Below are positions 22,920 to 30,845 of a stretch of DNA of 64,000 nucleotides, piece by piece. The notes below the pieces were generated by a model that saw only the letters and a list, made by a program, of their open reading frames with translations, had not been told where the DNA came from and made no database searches. Within the stretch, counting starts at the first letter, position 1. Each line of letters starts with the position of its first letter. The stretch covers positions 5,148 to 69,147 of the forward strand of contig JAIDUT010000065.1 in the NCBI GenBank assembly GCA_029060065.1. Direction: 5' to 3'. The DNA comes from Clostridia bacterium (GTDB taxonomy: Bacteria > Bacillota > Clostridia > Christensenellales > UBA3700). The position numbers were made by a program, and so were the translations under genes.

Positions 22920-24988
22920 TGATAACCTTGATAAGTGCGCTTAACCTTACGGCAAAAATCGGCATAAGCATTGCAGTTTTCGTAGTGCTTATCGCCGTAG
23001 AAGTGTTGGCATTGGTTATGCTTGTTAAATGGAAAAAGAATTATAAGCAAGCTCTCATTAAGAAAGCAAAGGAAGATAAGAGAGATGCAGAGTTGGCGAA
23101 TAGCAAGCCTGTGACGGCTATAGATTTGTCACAAGAGCATGCAGAAGTAAATACTGTCGAAAATACGGCAGTAGAAGCGTCCGAAGATAAGCAAGACGAA
23201 AAAGCTGAGGATAAAGCTGTAGCAAATGAAACTGAAAACCAAGTTGTATCTAAAGAGCAAGATAAGGTTGTTGAAGAAGAAACTTCGACAAATGAGAAAG
23301 AAAGCGAAGAAGTAGTCTCTGAAGAAAAGCAAGACAGCGTAGCTGACGCTACAAAGGCATTTGCTTTCGCTCCGCTTTTCATGTGGGGCGCAACCACAAC
23401 AGCTATGACTTTGAGAGGTTTCTTGTACGTATTGATAGGTATAGCGGTAGCGCTTGCAGTAGCTGTATTTGCTACGGCAGTAATATTCTCTCAAAATCTA
23501 AAGCATGGTTTAGACGAGCTTGAAGAGGACGTGCCGGCTAAAGACCCGACTATAGTTAAAAAGCCTGAAGAAGAGCCAATGAAAGAAACTGAAGAACCTG
23601 TAGCTGAAGAAAAAGTATCGCAAGAACCTGTAGTTGAGGAAAAACCTGTCGAAGAAGAAATCGCAGAAGAGGAACTCACCGCAGAAGCTGTTGAAGAAGT
23701 TCAAGAAGAGCAACCTGCAGAAGAAGAGGCTGTTGCTGAAGAAGAGCCGATAGTAGCGGAAGCAGAGCCGGCTGTTGCTGAAGAAGAGCCTGTTGTGGAA
23801 GAGCAACCTGTTGTTGAGGAGAAGCCTAAGCCCGCTCCTGTCAAGAGAGAGCCTAAACCAAGAGAGAGAGCTGTCGTTATTGACAATGTTTCATACATGA
23901 TGAAAGACGATAGATTCCTGTTCAATCCTACGGACGACGGTTGGTACATACTTCTCACCAAGACTTTTACGGCAAAACTTATTCAGTCTGACGAGTACGT
24001 CAAAGATTATTACACTGAGTTGAAGAATGAATTGCTTTCTTACAACAAAGTTCATGCAAGAATGAGCAAAAAGCGTGAGAGTTTCAACTTCGGTCGTACG
24101 TGCTTGGCGCGTCTGTCGATAAGAGGTAAGACGCTTAGATTACACCTTGCTCTCGACGCTAACGATTATGCAGAAACCAAGTATATAGTTGAAGATACAT
24201 CGCAGACCAAGTCGCTTGCAGATACTCCGCTTATGTATAGGATCAAGAATGATCGCCGTCTTAAGTATGCAAAAGAGTTGATTGCTACGCTCATGGAAAA
24301 AGTAGGAGCGGTAAAACAAGAGATTGAGCCTGTCAACTATACGGCAATGTATCCTTACGAAGAGACCGAGCCATTGATTGAAAGAGATCTTATCACTCGT
24401 AGATTTGTCAAGGGTAAGGTTCCGGAGGATAAGGGATTTGACTTTGCGCAAAAGACCTTTAAGGCAAAACTTATTCAGTCTGACGATGCTGTCAAAGAGT
24501 ACTATTCTAAGGTAAAGAATCACTTGCTTTCTTACAAGAAGATTCATGATAGATTGAGCAAAAAGCGCGAGACCTATCGCTTTGGTAGAGTTTGCGTTGC
24601 CCGCATGGCAATTAGAGGAAAGACCTTAAGACTGTACCTTGCGCTTAATCCGGCAGACTACGTAGATACTAAGTACATAGTAGAGGACTTCTCGCACGTT
24701 AAGTCAGTCGCAGACACTCCTCTTGCAATCAAGCTCAAAAACCCGCGCCGTCTAAAGTACGCAATGGAATTGATTGACGCGACTATGGTAAATATGGGCG
24801 TAGTTCATAAGCGTGATATTATTGATACCGACTATACGTCAGATTTGGCTTACGAGAGTACTGAGGAATTGATGGAGAAGGGACTTGTCACCAACGTACA
24901 CGTGAAGGGTAACTCTTTCGTAGCTCAACACTTCTCGTTCAAAGAAAAAGACGCTGAGGACGAAGTAGCTTCTGACGAGGATAAATAA
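22919..24988 (+). CDS. Membrane protein (689 aa) with acidic and PE-rich linkers and two tandem copies of an unrecognised, roughly 130-aa basic domain
   Basis: Start overlaps the upstream stop (TAATG). RBS GAAGGAGG. TM1 near aa 15-37 and a hydrophobic hairpin near aa 160-205. E/P/V-rich linker from about nt 23560 to 23880. Duplicated block F.AKLIQSD...YY..(L/V)KN.LLSY.K.H.R.SKKRE.(F/Y).FGR.C.AR..IRGKTLRL.LAL...DY..TKYIVED.S..KS.ADTPL..K.KN.RRLKYA.ELI. Confidence 0.7.
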   Translation: MITLISALNLTAKIGISIAVFVVLIAVEVLALVMLVKWKKNYKQALIKKAKEDKRDAELANSKPVTAIDLSQEHAEVNTVENTAVEASEDKQDEKAEDKAVANETENQVVSKEQDKVVEEETSTNEKESEEVVSEEKQDSVADATKAFAFAPLFMWGATTTAMTLRGFLYVLIGIAVALAVAVFATAVIFSQNLKHGLDELEEDVPAKDPTIVKKPEEEPMKETEEPVAEEKVSQEPVVEEKPVEEEIAEEELTAEAVEEVQEEQPAEEEAVAEEEPIVAEAEPAVAEEEPVVEEQPVVEEKPKPAPVKREPKPRERAVVIDNVSYMMKDDRFLFNPTDDGWYILLTKTFTAKLIQSDEYVKDYYTELKNELLSYNKVHARMSKKRESFNFGRTCLARLSIRGKTLRLHLALDANDYAETKYIVEDTSQTKSLADTPLMYRIKNDRRLKYAKELIATLMEKVGAVKQEIEPVNYTAMYPYEETEPLIERDLITRRFVKGKVPEDKGFDFAQKTFKAKLIQSDDAVKEYYSKVKNHLLSYKKIHDRLSKKRETYRFGRVCVARMAIRGKTLRLYLALNPADYVDTKYIVEDFSHVKSVADTPLAIKLKNPRRLKYAMELIDATMVNMGVVHKRDIIDTDYTSDLAYESTEELMEKGLVTNVHVKGNSFVAQHFSFKEKDAEDEVASDEDK

Positions 24989-25006
24989 TTATCCATTAAT
25001 AATCAT

Positions 25007-25036
25007 AAAAGACGGAGATTTCTCTCCGTCTTTTTT
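25007..25036 (+). terminator. Rho-independent terminator after the two-gene surface operon
   Basis: AAAAGACGGAGA-tttc-TCTCCGTC followed by T6. Confidence 0.75.
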
Positions 25037-25225
25037 ATTTTCAATAAGTTGTATTTTAAGCGAAGTCAAAGACTGTATTATTTATTTCTAAGTGATTTCT
25101 AACTTAGCCAAGTGCAGTTTTGAAATTTATATCGCTTAGTATTCGACAAAAATAGTCTATATTTTATTTTATACGCTAATTCTATCTAACGGTTTTACTT
25201 TATAATGCCATAGAAGGAGAGTTTT

Positions 25226-26014
25226 ATGGCAAGAAAAATAGTCGTTACGTCGGGTAAAGGCGGAGTAGGTAAGACGAGTGTGCTTGCAAGCCTTGGCATA
25301 TGCCTTGCCACGCGTGGCAAAAGTGTACTTATGATCGACGGCGACGTCGGACTTAACAATCTCGACGTTGTAATGGGTATGGAAAATCGCGTAGTATACG
25401 ATATGGCAGACGTTATCGACAATAAGTGCCATATTAATCAAGCGCTTTTGCAAGAAGAGGGAATGGGACTGTATTTGTTGCCGTCTGCGCACGCTTACAG
25501 TAGCGAGAAGCTGACTAGCGCAGTTTTTGGACAGTTAATTGCGCGTATCGAGAGTATGTTCGACTTTATTCTGATCGACTGTCCTGCGGGCATTGACGGC
25601 GGTTTTCACCGCGCCGTAAGCTGTTGTGACGAAGCCATTGCCGTGACGACTCCGCATATTCCCGCCATAAGAGATTGCGATAAGGTACTGGGACTTCTTC
25701 GCAGTTATAAGCTCAATTCTATCAGTCTTATCGTCAATAGGGTACGCGGTGACTTCGTCGTATCAGGCAAGATGATGAACGGCGGAGAAATATCCAAGCT
25801 ACTTAGATGTCCGCTTATCGGAGTAGTTCCCGAGGACGACGCTATTACCGTTTATTCTCAACTTGGCAGAATAGGTATGAATACGTCTTCCTCTCGCGAT
25901 GCAATTGATATGATTGCTTGCAACGTGCTTAATAATACTTTCAAATTATACGACGTTACGAAAGGCTATAGAGGAATAATTGGCAAATTAAAAAGACTGG
26001 TGTCGGGTAGGTAA
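25226..26014 (+). CDS. minD: Septum site-determining ATPase MinD
   Basis: Deviant Walker A SGKGGVGKTS. 262 aa with MinD-like organisation. RBS GAAGGAGAG. Confidence 0.9.
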   Translation: MARKIVVTSGKGGVGKTSVLASLGICLATRGKSVLMIDGDVGLNNLDVVMGMENRVVYDMADVIDNKCHINQALLQEEGMGLYLLPSAHAYSSEKLTSAVFGQLIARIESMFDFILIDCPAGIDGGFHRAVSCCDEAIAVTTPHIPAIRDCDKVLGLLRSYKLNSISLIVNRVRGDFVVSGKMMNGGEISKLLRCPLIGVVPEDDAITVYSQLGRIGMNTSSSRDAIDMIACNVLNNTFKLYDVTKGYRGIIGKLKRLVSGR

Positions 26015-26016
26015 AT

Positions 26017-26250
26017 ATGAACGAGAGCAAAATTATGGAAAGACGCCTAAAAAAAGTGCTTATGCAGGATAAAATCAACGCTTATGAGGGCTTAACGAGA
26101 GCGCTTGAGAGCGACCTTAGACTTTTGCTCGGATGTTATATGACGCTATGCGGTGACGTTAGTATCAATATAGATATAGTAGATAATGGAGAATACCAGA
26201 TTAACATTTCCGCCAAAGCTGACAACATCAATGCTCCAAATATTATCTGA
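26017..26250 (+). CDS. minE: Probable cell-division topological specificity factor MinE
   Basis: 77 aa, immediately after minD. Pattern RLKKVLMQDK...LESDLRLLLGCYM...INIDIV resembles MinE. Sequence-level support is modest. Confidence 0.55.
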   Translation: MNESKIMERRLKKVLMQDKINAYEGLTRALESDLRLLLGCYMTLCGDVSINIDIVDNGEYQINISAKADNINAPNII

Positions 26251-26323
26251 AAATTTTCAAATTTAAGTCATATTTTCCCTATAAGACAAATATGCTATAC
26301 TATCTTATGTATAGGAGTTTGTT

Positions 26324-26512
26324 ATGAAATACGACGATTACAAAATCACGGAGAGCGTAAGTATCCCCAACCAAAATATCACGCGTTCTAAGGCTATGCC
26401 AAAAAAGAAGAAAAAGGTCAACGTGCTGGACGTATTTATTGTTCAAGCTATCATTTGCGTTGGTATAAGTTGCGGAGTATTGATTTCGCGTATAATCGAA
26501 TTGGGTTTTTAG
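26324..26512 (+). CDS. Small single-pass membrane protein upstream of the M50 protease
   Basis: 62 aa with a lysine cluster (KKKKK) followed by one TM (VLDVFIVQAIICVGISCGVLI). RBS TAGGAG. Its stop lies 1 nt from the M50 gene start. Confidence 0.4.
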   Translation: MKYDDYKITESVSIPNQNITRSKAMPKKKKKVNVLDVFIVQAIICVGISCGVLISRIIELGF

Positions 26513-26515
26513 GGC

Positions 26516-27361
26516 GTGAAAATAAAACTGCATCCGCTATTTTGTCTGCTTGCGGGTGTATTCCTCGTATTGGGACAGTTTGAGCTGTTGTGCGGGTATC
26601 TCGTCAGTATCGTCGCGCATGAAGTCGCTCACAACCGTATGGCAAAGCTCAGAGGCTATGGCATGGGCGTTATTACGATAATGCCTTATGGCGGGTCGTT
26701 GGAATGCTCAGAAGATTATAATGACAGCGACAATATTCTTATCGCGCTATCAGCGCCACTGTTTAATCTAGCTGTTGCAACATTTATAGTGGCACTTTGG
26801 TGGCTCATGCCGGACGTGTATAATTATACTCGCGAGCTATGTTTTGCCAATCTCTCTTTGGGACTTATCAATCTTTTGCCACTTTATCCCCTCGACGGAA
26901 GCCGTGTAGTAATATCGCTTGTTAGAAATAAGATTAAGGCAGTCAATATTCTCAAATGGATTACTATTGTTGTCGGCGGACTTATGCTGATTGGCGGTAT
27001 AGTATTGATATTCTTTACTTTCAACGTAACGTTACCTGTGTTTGGATTATTTTTAATATTGAGCGGGATTTTTACAAGTAAAGGACAGAGTTATTATCAC
27101 TTAGCCAATTCCCGTCCTTTTGTCAAAGATTATACGCAAGGACTGAAGGAGGAAGTGGTGTATATCTCCGGAGATAGCCAACTTTTCAAGTTTTTGCGCT
27201 ACTTAGGCAGAGATAAGATTTGTAAGTTTATCGTCATCGACGGCAAAGGCGACAGAGTATGCGTTGTAGAAGAACGTACTTTAGAGAAGTTGTGTATGTC
27301 GCACGAGTTGAGCGTGAGTATATTTGAAGCTCTGAAAGACTTGAATTCTACGGCAGATTAA
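26516..27361 (+). CDS. Site-2 protease family zinc metalloprotease (peptidase M50, SpoIVFB-like)
   Basis: HExxH (VAHEVAHN) and NLLPLYPLDGSRV motifs inside TM segments. GTG start. Confidence 0.8.
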   Translation: MKIKLHPLFCLLAGVFLVLGQFELLCGYLVSIVAHEVAHNRMAKLRGYGMGVITIMPYGGSLECSEDYNDSDNILIALSAPLFNLAVATFIVALWWLMPDVYNYTRELCFANLSLGLINLLPLYPLDGSRVVISLVRNKIKAVNILKWITIVVGGLMLIGGIVLIFFTFNVTLPVFGLFLILSGIFTSKGQSYYHLANSRPFVKDYTQGLKEEVVYISGDSQLFKFLRYLGRDKICKFIVIDGKGDRVCVVEERTLEKLCMSHELSVSIFEALKDLNSTAD

Positions 27362-27402
27362 TGTTAAATTAAATAAATACGGCGTATTAATGCCATTTGT
27401 AC

Positions 27403-27431
27403 AAAATACCTTGCAAAATCAAGGTATTTTT
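27403..27431 (+). terminator. Rho-independent terminator
   Basis: AAAATACCTTG-caaaat-CAAGGTATTTT plus a T run. Confidence 0.7.
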
Positions 27432-27439
27432 GTTATAAT
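27411..27439 (+). promoter_or_regulatory. Promoter (TTGCAA-17-TATAAT) overlapping the preceding terminator hairpin
   Basis: Hexamers at 27411-27416 and 27434-27439. Upstream of glcK. Confidence 0.5.
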
Positions 27440-27512
27440 ATTTTGTGTAATTATGCTATTTGTGGCATTATGTAATTTTAAGGGGAACAAATAATTAATT
27501 ACAGAGGTTGAG

Positions 27513-28451
27513 ATGTATTACGCAGGTGTTGATATTGGCGGTAAAAATATTAAAATGGGCATTGTTGACGATTTCGGAAACGTGGTGTCATCTACGACAT
27601 ACAAGACTCAAAAAGAAAGAGGGTATGATGCCATTTTGCTTGAAATGATAAGTAATATCAATTCGCTATGCGAAGAGGCGGGGTTCGATATAAGCGAACT
27701 GTCAGGTATAGGTATTGGCGTCCCGGGAATTGTCAACTCGCGCGCAGGACTGGTAATGTCGTGCGCCAATCTAAATTGGAAGGGCGTAGACCTCGCGGGC
27801 GATGTCAAGAATTTGACCGGCAAAGAGTGTAAAGTCTGCAATGACGCAAACTGCGCGGCTCTTGGCGAACAACGTTTTGGAAGCGGAAAGAATTTCAAAA
27901 ATCTAGTTTTTATCACTCTCGGCACGGGAGTAGGCTCGGGAATAATCATTGACGGAAATCTTTTCGAGGGACTTGGTTGCGCCGGCGCAGAAGCGGGGCA
28001 CATGGGTATACAGGTAAACGGTGACAAGTGCAGTTGCGGAAACAAAGGCTGTTGGGAAGAATTTATTTCTGCAAAGGCTTTAATAGAGCAGACAAAGCAC
28101 GCTATTGAGAATAATCCTGAAAGTTTGCTTGTCGAGATTTGTAAAGACGGTATCAGCGGTAAGTCGGCGTTTATAGGCGCAAGAGAGGGCGATAGCGTAG
28201 CCAAAGACGTAGTAGAAAAATATATCAATTACCTAACTTACGGCTTGATAGGTTTGACGAATATACTGCACCCGCAAGCATTTGTACTTGGTGGCGGTAT
28301 TGCCAATGAGGGCGTAGACCTTATTTTGCCTGTCAAGCATTTGCTCAACGAGTATATAGACAACAACGGTTTTTATCCTTACGTCGACGTTGTGGGCGCA
28401 AGCCTTGGCAATGACGCGGGATATATGGGCGCGGCGGCGCTAGTGATGTAA
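27513..28451 (+). CDS. glcK: ROK-family glucokinase
   Basis: ROK signatures GIGVPG, CNDANCAALGE and GTGVGSG, plus the zinc motif HMGIQVNGDKCSCGNKGCWE. Confidence 0.8.
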   Translation: MYYAGVDIGGKNIKMGIVDDFGNVVSSTTYKTQKERGYDAILLEMISNINSLCEEAGFDISELSGIGIGVPGIVNSRAGLVMSCANLNWKGVDLAGDVKNLTGKECKVCNDANCAALGEQRFGSGKNFKNLVFITLGTGVGSGIIIDGNLFEGLGCAGAEAGHMGIQVNGDKCSCGNKGCWEEFISAKALIEQTKHAIENNPESLLVEICKDGISGKSAFIGAREGDSVAKDVVEKYINYLTYGLIGLTNILHPQAFVLGGGIANEGVDLILPVKHLLNEYIDNNGFYPYVDVVGASLGNDAGYMGAAALVM

Positions 28452-28452
28452 T

Positions 28453-30198
28453 ATGTGGGATAAGTTAAAGGATATCTTATTACAAGTGCAAAAGCCCGCG
28501 CGGTATGTGGGTGGAGAATATAATTTGCCTGATATGGACAAGCCCTGTAAGGAGCGCGTCTTATTGTGCTTTAGCGACAAATACGAAGTGGGCATGAGTA
28601 ATATAGGTACGAGAATACTCTACCATATGCTCAACGATATGCCCGATATAGTATGCGAGCGTTGTTACGCGCCTGATTTAGATATGGCGGACCTCTTGAG
28701 AAAGAACAATCTTCCTTTATTTTCAATCGAAACTAAACGCGATGCAAAAGCCTTTGATCTTATAGGTTTTTCCGTTCAATTTGAATTACAATTTACTAAT
28801 ATCGTATACATGCTTGATTTAATGGGCATTCCTTACTTTGCAAGCGAGAGGGGCGAGGAATATCCTCCTATCGTTGCGGGAGGTCCGTGCGTAGTCAATC
28901 CTATGCCATTTGCGCCATTTTTTGACGCGGTGCTAATAGGTGAAGGCGAGAAGAATCTCAAAGAACTCACTCTTTTGCATATGCAGTGCAAAGAAGAGGG
29001 GGTATCAAAGCGAGAGTTTTTACAAAGGGCAAGCAAACTCGACGGAGTATATGTCCCTGCTCTCCACAATCCGACTAAGAGAGCCGTAGTCAAGGATTTG
29101 GACGAAGCGTACTATCCCACTAAGATATTAGTGCCGAATTGCGATATTGTGCACGATAGATCGTCAATAGAGTTGTTCAGAGGTTGCGCTAACGGATGCA
29201 GATTTTGTCAAGCGGGTTTTTATTATCGCCCCATTAGAGAGCGTTCGGTTGATACATTGGTAACTCAAGCATGTCAGCTAATGGACAACACAGGTTATGA
29301 TGAACTCGGACTTTTGAGTTTGAGTACCAGCGACTATTCGGGACTTAAAGAGCTTGTTGATAGAATAAAAGTTGAAGCGGATAAACGCAAGGTAAAAGTT
29401 GCTTTACCGTCGCTAAGACTTGATAGTTTCGAGGCGGAAATATATGAAGAGATTCAAGGCGCGTCATTAACGTTTGCGCCCGAAGCGGGTACGCAGAGAT
29501 TGCGTGACGTAATCAATAAGAATATCAACGAAAAGGATATACTTTCATCTCTGACTACAGCCATGAAGTATGGAGTAAAGAACGTCAAATTATACTTCAT
29601 TATGGGATTGCCCACAGAGCAAGAAGAGGATTTGCAGGGTATCGTGGACATAGTGCGCCTTATCAAAAAGTTGCACGCAGAGTACGGTACTTCCAAATTG
29701 CTCAATATCACGGTTTCAACTTCTATATTCATTCCCAAACCGCTTACGCCATTCCAATGGGAACGTCAGATTTCTATGCAAGAGATGCTGGATAAACAAG
29801 CGTTTATGAGAGAAAACTTGCGTATGAAAAACGTCAAGTATTCTTGGCACGGCGCTGAATCGTCTATTATCGAGGCGATATTTGCAAGGGGAGATAAGTC
29901 GCTTGCAAAGGCAATCGTCAAAGCGTATGAGCTTGGTTGTGTATTTGATTCTTGGAGCGAGAACTTCGACTACGATAAGTGGCTTAAGGCTTTTGAACTC
30001 AGCGGTGTGAATTATCAGAAGTTCCTTGACGGATTTTCCGAGGACGAGGAATTGCCTTGGGATATTATAGACAACGGCGTAACGAAGGCGTATCTTCTTA
30101 AAGAAAGACATAAGGCATATGAAGGCAAATGTACTCCCAACTGCCTTAAGAAATGCAACGGTTGCGGAGCTAATAGACTTGAGAGGTGTCGTATATGA
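28453..30198 (+). CDS. B12-binding-domain radical SAM protein (TIGR03960-like family)
   Basis: CANGCRFCQAG (Cx3Cx2C) cluster motif. 581 aa. Has the conserved partnership with the following DUF2344-like gene. Confidence 0.85.
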   Translation: MWDKLKDILLQVQKPARYVGGEYNLPDMDKPCKERVLLCFSDKYEVGMSNIGTRILYHMLNDMPDIVCERCYAPDLDMADLLRKNNLPLFSIETKRDAKAFDLIGFSVQFELQFTNIVYMLDLMGIPYFASERGEEYPPIVAGGPCVVNPMPFAPFFDAVLIGEGEKNLKELTLLHMQCKEEGVSKREFLQRASKLDGVYVPALHNPTKRAVVKDLDEAYYPTKILVPNCDIVHDRSSIELFRGCANGCRFCQAGFYYRPIRERSVDTLVTQACQLMDNTGYDELGLLSLSTSDYSGLKELVDRIKVEADKRKVKVALPSLRLDSFEAEIYEEIQGASLTFAPEAGTQRLRDVINKNINEKDILSSLTTAMKYGVKNVKLYFIMGLPTEQEEDLQGIVDIVRLIKKLHAEYGTSKLLNITVSTSIFIPKPLTPFQWERQISMQEMLDKQAFMRENLRMKNVKYSWHGAESSIIEAIFARGDKSLAKAIVKAYELGCVFDSWSENFDYDKWLKAFELSGVNYQKFLDGFSEDEELPWDIIDNGVTKAYLLKERHKAYEGKCTPNCLKKCNGCGANRLERCRI

Positions 30199-30845
30199 TA
30201 ATACTCAAGCATTACAAAGTCGACGACGTGAGTTACGTGTCGCATAAAGATATTTTGAGAGTATTACAAAGAGGACTTAAAAGAGCGGGTGTTGACGTCA
30301 AGTATTCGCAAGGCTACGTTCCTCATATGCTGACGTATACAACTACTCCCGTACCGCTTGGAGTACAGTCTACAGCCGAGTATTTCGCTTTTGAGCTTAA
30401 CGGAGAAGTGGACAAAGTTGAAATGCTTGTAAGATACAACCAATCTATGCCTTTCGGTATGCGCGCTGTCGCAAGTTTTTACAAAAATAAAAATCCTAAT
30501 CTTGCCGGTATTGTTACCGCGAGCGATTATGTAGCTAAGAGCGCGGACGTTTTGCCAAAAGAGATTGAACGTATAGCAGATTGTCAAAACTACGTAATAC
30601 CGACAAGTAAAAAAGGCGAAGTCGTGGAGAAAGACATTGCGTCTTTGATATACGCATTGCGAGTAGACGGCAATCACCTGTTTATGCGACTTGCAAGCGG
30701 TAACGCTAATTTGCGCGCTGACAGTTTTGTCAATCATATCAATGAAAAGTTCGGCTTGAATATCAAAATCAACGATATATGTCGCGTAGCTCAGTTAGTC
30801 GGAGTAGACGGAAAATTTATCGACGTGGAGGAATTGCTCAAATGA
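30186..30845 (+). CDS. Radical SAM-associated protein (DUF2344 / TIGR03936-like)
   Basis: 219 aa. Overlaps the radical SAM gene by 13 nt. Start pattern ...RFLSHKD-like (VSYVSHKDILRVLQRGLKRAG). Confidence 0.65.
   Translation: MSYMIILKHYKVDDVSYVSHKDILRVLQRGLKRAGVDVKYSQGYVPHMLTYTTTPVPLGVQSTAEYFAFELNGEVDKVEMLVRYNQSMPFGMRAVASFYKNKNPNLAGIVTASDYVAKSADVLPKEIERIADCQNYVIPTSKKGEVVEKDIASLIYALRVDGNHLFMRLASGNANLRADSFVNHINEKFGLNIKINDICRVAQLVGVDGKFIDVEELLK

Noticed and set aside
23500-23880. Highly repetitive GAAGAAGAGCC / GTTGAAGAA DNA that could be mistaken for a tandem-repeat array or CRISPR-like structure.
   Set aside because: There is no regular repeat-spacer periodicity. The frame is open and encodes a continuous E/P/V/A-rich acidic linker within the 689-aa protein.
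30779-30841. Upstream in-frame extension of the RNase G ORF (MSRSSVSRSRRKIYRRGGIAQ...).
   Set aside because: The extension overlaps the 3' end of the DUF2344-like gene. The ATG at 30842 has a GGAGGA RBS and an ATGA stop-start overlap, and it begins the conserved MKDILISV... N-terminus.
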